This document shows positions 37,721 to 48,628 of a stretch of DNA of 64,000 nt, in pieces. The DNA lies in IMG/VR virus record IMGVR_UViG_2935054407_000001, positions 1 through 64,000 of that record; one strand, 5' to 3'. Position 1 is the stretch's first letter; the number at the start of each line of letters is the position of its first letter. A program made the translations under genes and the position numbers. The stretch is from a virus (lineage: Duplodnaviria > Caudoviricetes). Below the pieces are notes generated by a model. That model ran no database searches, had not been told where the DNA came from, and saw nothing but the letters and a program-made list of their open reading frames with translations.

Positions 37721-38236
37721 ATGTCCTTCTACCCCTATGAGCTGTGCGTGACGCTCCGATCCCAGAACCCGGATGACACGGATGAGATGTCGGTTGATCT
37801 CCTGGCTGTCGAACTGGACGAGTTGAAGGCTGCGGTTCTCAGTACCTTCGGCGGTATCTACGTCGAGGTGGACACGGACGACGGCAACTGGGAAGGCGTC
37901 CAGGTGTCCGGGACCACCATTGAGCAGCTCTGGAAGCTGGCGAAGCTGGCCACCGAGTCTCGTGACGCGAACTGCTTCATGGCCTGGGCGGGCATCCTGC
38001 CGGGCGGGCTCGCGAGTCTTGACCCGGAAACGGCGATCAGGGACTTCCGTAGGGAGTTCGAGGGCGACTACGAAGACCTCGCTGAATATGGACACACCCT
38101 CATGGAGGACGAAATCCGGCACATGCCCATCCTGGACCAGTTCTTCAACTTCGCGGAGTACGGCAAGTACGTCGCCGCTGACCACCGGGTTGTCGAGCTG
38201 TCCACCGGCCGCATCGCCGTCTTTGGGAAGGGCTGA
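37721..38236 (+). CDS. ArdA-like antirestriction (DNA mimic) protein
   Basis: Acidic; DFRREFEGDYEDLAEYG...QFFNFAEYGKYV...AVF. Confidence 0.7.
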   Translation: MSFYPYELCVTLRSQNPDDTDEMSVDLLAVELDELKAAVLSTFGGIYVEVDTDDGNWEGVQVSGTTIEQLWKLAKLATESRDANCFMAWAGILPGGLASLDPETAIRDFRREFEGDYEDLAEYGHTLMEDEIRHMPILDQFFNFAEYGKYVAADHRVVELSTGRIAVFGKG

Positions 38237-38239
38237 GTC

Positions 38240-38614
38240 ATGGCTGATGGCATCCGCAAGAGCGACGGGGCGCGCGGCAAGCTGGTTGGTCCTGCTCCCT
38301 GGGGGCCTGAGGGGCACACCGTCTATGAGTGGAGCGACACTCAGCCGCGCTTTACCCGAGAGATCCTGCCGGATCACATGGTGGTCAACCCGGACGAGCC
38401 GAAGAACGGTCGATGGGGGCAGGTGGCAGAGCTGGCGGTGGCCACGGGCGGCGCAGCCTTGAAGCTTGGCGAGATCGCCGCGCTCTGCCTGGACGGCGGC
38501 TGGTACACCGAGACGGAGCTGGACGCCGTACGGCAGCTCGATCGGCTGGAGAATCTCGTCAAGCTGATGCGGAGCCGGGTGGAGGCGGCCCGGCGCACGC
38601 AACGCAACGCCTGA
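38240..38614 (+). CDS. Hypothetical protein
   Basis: ORF in the operon. Confidence 0.6.
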   Translation: MADGIRKSDGARGKLVGPAPWGPEGHTVYEWSDTQPRFTREILPDHMVVNPDEPKNGRWGQVAELAVATGGAALKLGEIAALCLDGGWYTETELDAVRQLDRLENLVKLMRSRVEAARRTQRNA

Positions 38615-38679
38615 TGTCTCGGCGGGGTTGACTCCTAGAATCGAGTAGACCTGGAGCCAACCCCGATCGGAGCCGAATC

Positions 38680-39015
38680 ATGGCGAATTCCCTGACGATG
38701 TATCTGCCCGTTTCAGCTATCGATGCAATGAGCGAAAAGGCGGAAGGAAGCGGGCTCACCCTGTCGTTCGTTGCATCGGCTCTTGTAGCCAGAGCGCTGA
38801 GGGATAAACTCCCCCCCGAGTTTCTCGACCTCCCGAAATTCGAGCGGGGTTTGAAGAAGCGCAATCAGAATGTCTACGTCCCTGATAGTGTTTGGACGGC
38901 TGACGGAGTCATTAAGACGGTTCCTGAAAATGAGCGCCCTAGGTTCGTCACGGCGCTGATGTACGCCTACTCCCGATGCCTGGTGGACGTACAGCTATCT
39001 GTAACAGTCACCTGA
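38680..39015 (+). CDS. Possible ribbon-helix-helix protein
   Basis: SLTMYLPVSAIDAMSEKAEGSGLTLSFV and QNVYVPDSVW. Confidence 0.5.
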   Translation: MANSLTMYLPVSAIDAMSEKAEGSGLTLSFVASALVARALRDKLPPEFLDLPKFERGLKKRNQNVYVPDSVWTADGVIKTVPENERPRFVTALMYAYSRCLVDVQLSVTVT

Positions 39016-39039
39016 TACACGCACAGAAAGAGCAGCGGA

Positions 39040-39825
39040 TTGAGAACAAAGGAAGACATCGAGCGGCGGGTGAAGGCTTACCTTGCCAAGGCCGAATCTG
39101 CCGTCAAGCTCGGAAACATGGAAGAAGCGAAGCTGTTCTTCGGGGCGGTTTCCGAGATGGTCTATACCTATGACCTCGACGAAGCCGTTTTGCGGACAGA
39201 GAACAACGCCGGTAAGACGGAAATCACGATCTCTTCGCATCGTTTCCAAGTGTCGAACCGTGGCCAGCACGGACCAGAGCGGATCGAAGCGCTGTTCTCC
39301 TTCGTAGGCGCGATGAACTGCGAGGGGGTGTCCATTGGCTGCGCACGAAACACGTATGGACAGCCCATCGACTTTGAAGTCCTGGGACCTGCTGAGACAG
39401 TGGACCGGTTGAAGCTGTTGATCCCAATTCTGCTGTTGCAGATGGAGGACGCAGCTCGTCAGTCGGCGAAGAAGTTCCGCAAGGAACAGGAGATGTACTA
39501 CCTCAACCCTGCGAACTTGTCTCGCGCGGTGACCAAGTGGTTCAGATCGGTGCTCGTTGGCTACGGACGAGGCGTTGCCGCGAAGATCCAAGAGCGCATG
39601 GCCAAGACGTACGAAGAAGCCACGGAGGGATCGACGGCTGCTCTGGTCCTCTACGATCGCGCGACGGCACTGGAGGCCGCTCTCAAGGAGCGGTGGCCAA
39701 AGCTCCGCCCTTCTCGAACGCGCAAGCTCTACAGCGATGCCCTCCGCGAGGGCCAGCGGCTCGGCAAGCAAGCTGACCTGGGTGACGCCCGGATCGGCAG
39801 CGAGACGCGGGCCATTCCTCGATAG
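39040..39825 (+). CDS. DUF2786-domain protein
   Basis: IERRVKAYLAKAES...EEAKLFFGAVSEMVYTYDLDEA; C-terminal GQRLGKQADLG. Confidence 0.75.
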   Translation: MRTKEDIERRVKAYLAKAESAVKLGNMEEAKLFFGAVSEMVYTYDLDEAVLRTENNAGKTEITISSHRFQVSNRGQHGPERIEALFSFVGAMNCEGVSIGCARNTYGQPIDFEVLGPAETVDRLKLLIPILLLQMEDAARQSAKKFRKEQEMYYLNPANLSRAVTKWFRSVLVGYGRGVAAKIQERMAKTYEEATEGSTAALVLYDRATALEAALKERWPKLRPSRTRKLYSDALREGQRLGKQADLGDARIGSETRAIPR

Positions 39826-39901
39826 CCGGTTCCATGTCGGGGCGGCGTCCTACCATGGGGCGTCGCCCCGCTTCGTCCCCGAATACACACAAGGAGTAAG
39901 G

Positions 39902-42900
39902 GTGTCCGACAACGAGCACGGCGAGCTGGAAGCCTGGAGCAAGTACTACATTCTGGGCGACGACGAAGAGGCCGTTCTCCACTGGAGCACGAACGACGAC
40001 GGCGACACCGGCTACCCCGGCACCTTCGCGAGCGACAGTCGCTCCTTCCACAGGCGTGAGGACGCGACCGCGCTCCAGCAGGCCGTGAGACACGCGGGCG
40101 GTGGCTCCCGTCAGGGGATCGGCCACAACGTGCACGTCTACATCAACGGCGAGGAGTACAAGGGCGGCAAGGACTGCCAGCCGGAGCCCTCTGCTCCTGC
40201 CCCGCTTTCGGCTGAGTTCGTGATGGCTATGGCTGGTGCCCTGGTCGCGGGGAAGACCGGCGACGGCACGGCCATGCTGAACGCTCTCCGCGAGATCAGC
40301 CCGGAGGACCGGGAGCACCTGCTGTGGATGTGCGAGCAGGTCATAGCCGGAATCGAGCAGTTGAGAGAGGACGACTAGTGAGCAGCGAGATGCGCGTCAG
40401 GATCGTAGAGACGACGGTTCCCTGTCCCGAGTGCGGTAAGCCCGTCTGCAACCTGTGCGCGTTCAACCAGATGTGCCAGCACTGCAAGAACCCGCTCGAT
40501 GGCGAGACCCTACAGCGGGCGGAAGACGAGCTGGAAGCGATGTTCAGGAACGAGGCGCAGAGTGAGCAGTGACAAGCCTTTGGTGGAGGTCGAAGTCGCC
40601 GACCCCATGGCGGGCGACACTGAGCCGTCCATCCGCTACACCACCCGAAATCGCGTAGCTCCAGGCATGTCGCAGGGTGGGCACGTCAGCGCGGAGACGG
40701 CGCGCGCTCTGATCACGGCACTTCGGTACGGGCTCCAGATGATCGAAGAGCGGAAGCCCAAGAAGCCGAAGGACGACGTACCGCGCTGTGAGGATGACGG
40801 CTGGGTGCTGGAGGCCAGCGAGGACGCTACCGGCAAGATCCTCTCGTGCCCGCGATTGAGATGCGGGTTCGTCTGGGAGGTGCCGGGACAGGCAACGGAA
40901 GAGCAGTGGAACAAGGCATGGGAAGCGGGGCGCGTCTAGTGAAGAAGATCCACCGTAGGCACATCACGGAGGCCCTCGGTAACGCCGGTATCGATCACAC
41001 CGCCGAAATTCTCAACTCCCACGAGTCGCCCACCGGCCGGGTTGGATTCGGCATCGAATTCAAGTCCTACGGAGACGCCACCAAGTTCTTCGTCGGCCTG
41101 GGAATGTTCCTTTACGACGACGCAGACGAAGAACTTGCTTACGAACTGGCGGGCGCTGTGGCGCTGGTAAACACAGCCAGGACCACGATCTTCTTCTTCC
41201 CCGGCTGGGAGCTGGAGGACTGATGTCTGAGAAGAACGAGGTGACGGCCGAGGAACTAGCTGCGCTCGACGCCGTGTGCAAGGAAACCGGCCTGGTGGAA
41301 GGGTGGGAGTACTTCAACCTGTTCCGCAAGCGCGGCAACCCGGACATTCAGGTGGTCGGTCCGTTCAACTGGCCGCACCGGATCCCGCGTCCGAACGTCA
41401 AGCTCGTACGCCGGAAGAAGGTCACCAGCTACGGGAAGTTCGAAGCAGTCCAATTCGACGTGAACGGTGACGCTATCGAGGACACGCCCTTTCATGCGTT
41501 CGTGCGCTGGATCGCATCTCTGGACGATCCGGAAAACGCGGAAGAGCGGCTCGGCGTAACGCCGTCCGAGATCATCGCCAAGGCCACCGCCATAGTGAAA
41601 GACGCGGAGAACAACGAGTGAGCCGAAGGGTGCTCATCTGATGGACGCCATAGACCGGGAACACGCGATCTACGCGGCGGAGACCACTTCCAACTGCCCC
41701 AAATGCGATACGAGCAAATTCAGCATCGTCCCCAATTCTCCGCGCGCATTCTGCGAGCCCTGCGGCTACACGTGGGTACTCGGGTCGGAGCTGTACTCCT
41801 GTGCCTGTGCGAAGTTCATCGGCAACAACGACCAGGCCATCATGCACATCCGCGAAAACGGCGGCTGTGAGACCTGCCTGGGCACTGGCGAGGCCACCCC
41901 GATGGGCGGGGCGCACGGTCACTGCACATCGTGCGGCGGCTCGGGGCGGGGCTACAACGGCATAGAGGAGACCGTGACACTCACGGTGACGCTCAGGGTT
42001 CACAAGAACCCATCGGCCGAACCTGCTCTCGGTGTCGATGACCAGCCTGCCGAGTTCATCGCAAAGGAGTTCGCGGATCGTGTGCGCCTGGCCTTACAGG
42101 ACGAGATCAAAGAACCCGTTCTCGAACGTGTCCTCGTAGGCACGCTGAGGCAGGGTAGCGGCTCCTTCACCCTGTACGACGGCAGGGTGGCGCGCGTGGA
42201 AGTGACCGCGAACAGGGTCCGAGTGGAGGACGCAGCGCGATGACGTACTACGACAAGGAGTAAGTGATGGGCCACGAGCTGCACGTGACGACGTGCTACA
42301 ACCCCGTTTGCCGGAAGGTCTTCGACTTCGATCCCGAGACGGTCAATTCGGTCTTGGTCGATCCGGAAACCGGTCTTCCACCGGACACGGATCCAGAGAC
42401 GCGCACGCCGACGCGCACGCCGACGCCGGAGGAGCTGGCGCGGTCGGAGCGGATGCCGATCTGCCCTGAATGCGCTAACAAGATGCGTCGGAGAATCGCT
42501 CGTGAGCAGAAGCAGGGCTGAGTGAGCGCCTTTGTCGCCCGAATTCGGGGCGGGCGGCATTGGGGTCTACTCAGGTCATCGAAAGGAGCTGCTATGGGCA
42601 ATCACTATGAGGTGTCCATCGAGGTCGAAGGTAGGCGCATCGACATCGCGCAAGTTCATGACGATCTGGAAGCCAAGCGCATGGGTGCCAACATCGCACA
42701 ATCCTACAAGCCCGAAGTTCGTGAGTGCCGCTGCGACGGCATTCTCTTCTGATCAGGGAGAACTGATATGACCGAACAGCCTGAACAGCGCATCATCGAA
42801 TCCGTTAGCCGGAAGGAGGATGTCTCGGAGGAGGACGCTAAGCGCATTCTTGAGGCGATCTATTCGGGTAGTCAGTTGCGATGCGAGACCCTCCGCAAGT

Positions 42901-44856
42901 CTGGTTACGCCTTCGGAGACGACGTGAGAAAGGAGGTGTGTGTTACCTCCTTCGTCTGCCCGATTCTTCAGACGCCGCGCGTTGCCGTCGAGTGCTGGAG
43001 CGGGACCAACAAGTGGACCCGCGACTTCGCCAATCAAGAAGCTGCGGATGCCTACGCCGATAACGAGATGGTTCGTCTCGGGATTTAGGAGAACTTATAT
43101 GGGCGCTGGAACATCAACGCCGGGCAGGAACGTCGTCGAGATGTACGACAGCGGCATGAGCATCAACGAGTGGGACTGGTGGAAGACGAACTACATCAAG
43201 AACATGGAGCGGATAACGCTCGGCGAGGCGAAGGACGACGAGAAGGAGTTCTGGGAGACGGCTGTCTTCTACATCCGTGAGGATGGCTCGAAGGTTCTTT
43301 CCCCCGCGCTCAGGCTTCGCGCCAGGCCGATTTTGAAGAAGAACTTCGAGCCGGGCGATCGCGTTTACGTATGCTTCGAGGAGCTGGAGAGCGGCCAACC
43401 CTACGTGCATAACGGTGAGGTGCTGTCCTTCGAGTACAACCTGTTCGAGGGTCTCACCCGATATACTCTGACCATCTTTCCCCGCGAATCCACGAATGAC
43501 CCGATTCCGGAGAGCTGGAACGGCACGTTGCTCCTCTCCAGTGACTCTCCGATTCGCAGTAGTCAGCTCACTAGAGGAACGTGGGCGTGGATTGACTCGC
43601 ACACGCTGGACGTGGGAGTGAGCGGGGATGTCTTCGTGACACCGTACGGCGAGGACCCTGGCGTCACCGACGCCATCGCCTCCCGCGTTATCGCGATCAA
43701 AGAGAGGGTGAGCGCATGAGCGAGAGTTTGATCCCTGGCCGCGTCGATCTGCCGAGGCAGCACGAGGGCGAGACCATCGACGGCACGGTGTTCGTGATCA
43801 TCGGTCCCAACCTGATCAGCACCATCCGCGAGAGCGACATGCCTGCCTGGCTCGCGCGGCACTGGGAGCACGAAGAGGAGTTCGCCATCTACGCCGTGAA
43901 CACCGTCCTGACTGCCCATGATGTTGGGCCGCTTATCGCGGTGTCGTTCAGCTTCACGGGAGGTCGCCCCGGATACAAGGGCAAGGTGATGCTCGGCCCC
44001 CACTACATGCGGAGGCGAAGCCCGTACCTGGACGAGAACGGCAAGCCAGTCGAGATCGTCTTCGACCCCAAATCCGCTGACGCGTAGCTGGAGAGCAGGT
44101 AACGCAAGGCATGCACGTCATCATCACTAACTGGGACGATTTCCCCTTAGATGCTCCCTTTGACAAGGTCCTTCGCGGCGACTTCTCCACCTACGCCTGC
44201 TTCTGCCGCACGGAGCTGAAGTCCAGCATCGAAGCCGTCATTCATGCAGCGGAAAACGATCTTTGCACCGCCTGTCTCGGGCGCGGATCGGTCCGGCTGG
44301 TGCCGTCGCGAGAGCACTTCTGCGGCAAGTGCAACGCTACGGGTACGCGTGACGCTGAGCTGGCCAACGAGCTGGGACAGGGCGAGGTCGAGCGGACCTT
44401 CGACGAGGAACTGCTACGGAAGATCATCGCTGACAACGGCGGTCAGGTGCCGTCACGTACGGAGATCTTCAACCAGGTTCGTCCGCTGCTTCCGGAGGCT
44501 GAGCCTGTGCACATCGCTATGCGGATCGGTGGCCTCCTGCGGAAGATCGCCGAAGACAGAGGCTAGCGATACGATCCTCGGTGCGCAGGACGATCGGGGA
44601 CGGTATGACAGGTCGCAGGGTATACAGGACCGAGACGGGCCAGCCGCCAGCCGACGAGGGCCGGGACATCATCCCTACCCGAGACGAACGCTGGCGGCCT
44701 AGCTCCCTGGACGATCCTGATCCTCCGGGCAAGCTGGACAGTCACATCCGCCTCTCCCCCGCCGTTCTTCAGCACGTCCTTCGGGAGTGTGAGGCCAGGG
44801 GCGTGCGGTTGAGTGATTGCACGTTTGCCGAAGACGGCTCTGTCATCATCCCGTGA
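39902..44856 (+). other. Run of small hypothetical genes ending the rightward operon (39902-40378, 40378-40572, 40562-40939, 40939-41223, 41223-41621, 41641-42243, 42264-42521, 42594-42752, 42768-43088, 43099-43719, 43716-44087, 44111-44566, 44605-44856)
   Basis: Coupled ORFs, several with CxxC Zn ribbons. Confidence 0.65.
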
Positions 44857-44889
44857 AAAAGCCCCGGCTTCGCGCCGGGGCTTTTTTTT
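44855..44889. terminator. Bidirectional intrinsic terminator
   Basis: aaaaagccccggc-ttcgc-gccggggcttttttt at the convergence of the two arms. Confidence 0.9.
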
Positions 44890-44930
44890 GCTCGAACACG
44901 GTTCCGCTGCATTTGGCTGTAAGCCAGTTA

Positions 44931-46385
44931 CTAGGCTTCCCTGACGATCTCGCCGGAGATCACGCCCATTTGCCGGAGTACGTCGTCGGCGGGCACGGCC
45001 TCGGGGAGCGCCTGGGCCTGCTGCGCGGCCTTCTCTCCGAAGAGCTGGCCGACGAGTCCGGTACCGGCCGCCGCGCGTCCGCTGGCCTTGATGGTCATGG
45101 AGAAGCCCTCGTTCTCGGCGGCCACCTTCTTCTCAATCATCTTGTCGAGCAGCTCCAGCTCACGTGACAGGTTAGGGTCTGCGTAGCCGCCTTCCTGCTG
45201 CTCAGCGGCATACATCGTGGCGACACGCTGGGCCTGGATCTCGATTCCCATCTCCCGGATTCGCTGAAGCTGCTCAACCGTGCGGGCCTCCACGGGTAGC
45301 TTGTAGGCGCATGTGGAGCCGGGATCAAACTCCTGACAGCTCGGGCTCAGGAAGCAGGTGTCACAGAGTCGCTGGCTCTCTCCGGATACGTTGATGAGCC
45401 CGATTTTCCGGGTGGTGAAGTTGCCGTCTTCGCCGACAACGCGCTGTTCCACCTCTTCGATCCCGAATCCGGGGGCGATTTTCGCGGCTTCACGGCGTCG
45501 GGGAGTTGCTAGCCTTTTCCGCGCTTCGGAGGGTGGGTTATCAACTGTTTCGTCGTCATTTTCCGCGAAACTCCAACCACGCGATTCAGTGTCCACAGTA
45601 ACTAGCTTTCTTCCGTTCAAATGGTCGATGTACTGCTGCCAGCTCCACAGCGATAGGCGTAGAAGCTCGTTGGAGTCGCCGGACTCGATCAGCTCGGGAT
45701 CGAAGCCGTTCTTGGTGAAGAGCTGCCGGTGGCGCTTCCTGGCCTGCTCGGCGTATTTCTTGGGGTATCTCTTCAGCGCGTTTCCGGTCCAGACGATCGT
45801 GTCGTTGTACTGGGCTGGGCTGAGCCATGAGGTGCTGGAGACCGAGTCCCACGGCAGCGCCTCCAGGACCTCGGGCTTGGTCATGGCCACGCCGTGCAGC
45901 TTGACGCCGGAGCGTGCGAGGCTGCGCAGTACCGGCATGATGTCCCGGCCGCCCACGCTCGTCTGAGGGACGCCTACACGCCCGTGTGCGTCGGCCAGCT
46001 CGCGCAGGTGCGGAAGCCCGTCTTCGGCGTGCCAGATCGGCAGGTACTTGTCTCCCGCGATTGTGGCGATGTCGGCCGGTGCTTGGGGGACGTCCCACTC
46101 GGTGACCAGGGAGACGCGGTCAAGGTTGGTCTCGACGAAGGACTGATACTTCGCGGCCAAATCCGGGAGATCGTACTTTCCGGGATTGGCTCTGACGCTG
46201 TACCCGCCGGAGTCGAGAAGGATTTCCGTGTCTTCCCCGAATTTCGTGGACAGGAGCCACGGGCGGGAGAATTTGACTCGTCTGGATAGTCCGATGAAGG
46301 AGAGCGAGACGTGGCGCACTCCCTGGCTGTGCAGGAGGATGCGCCACGATGGAATCTCGGCCCCCGCGTAGTAGAGGCGGGTCAT
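44931..46385 (-). CDS. TGT-like barrel protein fused to a Cys-rich C-terminal domain
   Basis: ILLDSGGYS, LPIWH, KLHGVAMTKP, WDSVSSTSW; CDTC..C..C. Confidence 0.65.
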   Translation of the reverse strand: MTRLYYAGAEIPSWRILLHSQGVRHVSLSFIGLSRRVKFSRPWLLSTKFGEDTEILLDSGGYSVRANPGKYDLPDLAAKYQSFVETNLDRVSLVTEWDVPQAPADIATIAGDKYLPIWHAEDGLPHLRELADAHGRVGVPQTSVGGRDIMPVLRSLARSGVKLHGVAMTKPEVLEALPWDSVSSTSWLSPAQYNDTIVWTGNALKRYPKKYAEQARKRHRQLFTKNGFDPELIESGDSNELLRLSLWSWQQYIDHLNGRKLVTVDTESRGWSFAENDDETVDNPPSEARKRLATPRRREAAKIAPGFGIEEVEQRVVGEDGNFTTRKIGLINVSGESQRLCDTCFLSPSCQEFDPGSTCAYKLPVEARTVEQLQRIREMGIEIQAQRVATMYAAEQQEGGYADPNLSRELELLDKMIEKKVAAENEGFSMTIKASGRAAAGTGLVGQLFGEKAAQQAQALPEAVPADDVLRQMGVISGEIVREA

Positions 46386-46400
46386 GGTGAGTGTGCCTGA

Positions 46401-48176
46401 TCAATCCGTGGCGGGCTTGGCGGCTCTGCGGGTGCGCAGCCGACTGGAGCTTTCCGCGCGGGTCTCCACGCGCTGGCCGGGACGCATCTGCGTCTGACGG
46501 TCGCTGAGACTGCGCTTGTCCCAGGAGAAAGAGCCGTGGACGTGCTCACCTGCGCCGATGGGCTCGTGTCCCCCTACCTCGATCTTCTCCCCGACCTTCA
46601 TGGCCGGGTTCACCTTGCCGGTGGCCCGGGGCAGGTTGGGGAGCTGGCGAGCCTGCATGGGGTTGCTGTGGTGGAGCTGGGACACGGGAGTTCCTCCTGT
46701 AGGAGCCGGATTCTTGGTGGGAGTGGTGGGCGTCTTCGGGGCTGACGGCGCGGGCGAGGCGGGTGTCAGGTCAAGGGACTGCTGGCCATTGCTGGCGGGA
46801 GCCTTCGGGGTCCGGGTTCGCTTCGGCTTGGGGGCCGGGATCTGCTGGGCGTTGACCGCAGCCGGTGTCGCGGGCGCGCTGATCGGGTCGGTGCGCTTCG
46901 GTGTGGTGGGCACGGCGTTCGGCGTCGCGTTCCTGGGAACGGTGGGCCTGGGCGTGCTCTGGACGGGATCCCCCAGGCGCGAGCGCTGTCCTGCCTGGCG
47001 CTTGGGAGCTGGAGCGCTGGGAGCGGTAGCGCGGATCTGATGTGCGTTGACGTGGCCGGTGGCGCGAATGTTGGCAGCGCTGGCGTCACCCTCGGCCCGA
47101 ATTCGGGCTGCCTCGGCCGCGTGGGTCGCGATGGCGGGGGCGTTGGAGGCGGCGTCGAGCTGGCCGTGTGCAATCTTCCGCGCGGCGTCGGCTCGGCCCT
47201 GACCGACCGTGCGGGCGGCATCTGCGCTGCCCTGGGCGCGGACGCGCGAGGCTTCGGCCGCATGGCCAGCCACGTTCAGACCGCCACGGGCCTTGATCAT
47301 GGCGGCGTCTACGCCGCCTTGAGCGCGAACGCGTGCGGCGGACGCTTCGTGGCCAGCGGTGGTGATTCCCGTGTGCGCAGCGGCGGCCTTGCCCCGCGCC
47401 CTGATCTGCTCTGCCTCGGCATGTCCTACTGCTCGCGTGCGTGTCGCCTGGGCGTCGTAGTCGGCGGTGGTGAGTCCGACATGGGCTGCGGACGCCTTCC
47501 CGCGCGCCTTGATCTGGTCTGCGTCGGAGATACCGGTGGCACGGATGCGGCTGGCGTCGGCGTCGGCATTCGCGTGCAGGCGGACGTTGTCGGCCTTGAC
47601 CTGACCCTGGAGCTGTGCGCCGTCGGCCGAGCCCTTGCCTCTGCCGTAGGTGGTGGAGTAGCTGACGTTGAAAGCCGTCTGGGCCTTCGCGTTACCGAGT
47701 TTCTGGGCCGCGTCGGCGTTGATGTCACCCATGGCCGCCGCGTGGCTCTGGTTGCTCTGGTGCATCGCGTCCTGGTGGGAGACGCGCTGAGCGTTGGTCT
47801 GGTCCTGGCGGCGCAGTTTGTGGCCATGGGCGAAGTTGTCGCGGCGGGACTGGGTGACCGTGGAGATGTCGGCCTGTGCCTCGTCATCGCGGAAGGCGTT
47901 CCAACGCTCCTGCGAGCGGTACTGCGACTTGGCGGCATCGCTGGCTCGTGCGGCATCCCAGCGGATGCGCTGGATGTGCTGTTCCTTCTCGATGTCCTTT
48001 CCCACCGAGTAGTCGCGCCTGTCGTAGAAGTCCTGCTGGCGGGTGCGGCGGACGGACTCGCGGTACTTCTTCTCCCGTCTTTCCTTGAACGTCTGGAAGC
48101 CGAACTTGTTGGGGCTCTTGGCGGCGTTGGTGCCCGGCGAAGAGACCGTGGAGTAGTTGAAGGGGGATGTGGACAC
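46401..48176 (-). CDS. Ala-rich repetitive protein (possible virion-internal protein)
   Basis: RAxGxxDAxxIKARG-type repeats and a Pro/Thr-rich tail. Confidence 0.7.
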   Translation of the reverse strand: MSTSPFNYSTVSSPGTNAAKSPNKFGFQTFKERREKKYRESVRRTRQQDFYDRRDYSVGKDIEKEQHIQRIRWDAARASDAAKSQYRSQERWNAFRDDEAQADISTVTQSRRDNFAHGHKLRRQDQTNAQRVSHQDAMHQSNQSHAAAMGDINADAAQKLGNAKAQTAFNVSYSTTYGRGKGSADGAQLQGQVKADNVRLHANADADASRIRATGISDADQIKARGKASAAHVGLTTADYDAQATRTRAVGHAEAEQIRARGKAAAAHTGITTAGHEASAARVRAQGGVDAAMIKARGGLNVAGHAAEASRVRAQGSADAARTVGQGRADAARKIAHGQLDAASNAPAIATHAAEAARIRAEGDASAANIRATGHVNAHQIRATAPSAPAPKRQAGQRSRLGDPVQSTPRPTVPRNATPNAVPTTPKRTDPISAPATPAAVNAQQIPAPKPKRTRTPKAPASNGQQSLDLTPASPAPSAPKTPTTPTKNPAPTGGTPVSQLHHSNPMQARQLPNLPRATGKVNPAMKVGEKIEVGGHEPIGAGEHVHGSFSWDKRSLSDRQTQMRPGQRVETRAESSSRLRTRRAAKPATD

Positions 48177-48187
48177 TTTCGGCTCTC

Positions 48188-48628
48188 CTAGGCGGCGTTC
48201 GCTTCGAGCTGGCGCGTGCGGTTCACGGTGGTTTCCAGGTCGGCCCAGGCTTTGAGTCCGGGACGGTGCCGCAGGTGGGCATAGCGGGGGTGGCTGTAGA
48301 GCAGGGTGGGCTGGCCTGCGTCGAACAGGGCGGCGCAGATCGTGGGATCGGGGTCAATGACGAGGTCGAGCGGTCCGGCGGCGCGGAGCTGGGCAACCTG
48401 GTAGAGCCGCTCGGTGTGCATCGGGTGGCCGGGGCGCGGTGTGCTGATGGAGACGTGGCCGGTGATGTGTTCCAGGCGCAGCCACTCGATGTCGGCCGGG
48501 TCGTCGGCCAGCAGGTGCACGCGGTAGCCCTCCTTCATGGCGGCATACAGCGTCCGGCCGTGGTCGCTGGGCTGACGGCTGATGGGGTCGCGGAGAATGC
48601 CCCATATGGTCATGGCGCAGGCGATCAC
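48188..48628 (-). CDS. Degenerate HAD-like protein
   Basis: CAMTIWGILR...LVIDPDP. Confidence 0.5.
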   Translation of the reverse strand: MIACAMTIWGILRDPISRQPSDHGRTLYAAMKEGYRVHLLADDPADIEWLRLEHITGHVSISTPRPGHPMHTERLYQVAQLRAAGPLDLVIDPDPTICAALFDAGQPTLLYSHPRYAHLRHRPGLKAWADLETTVNRTRQLEANAA

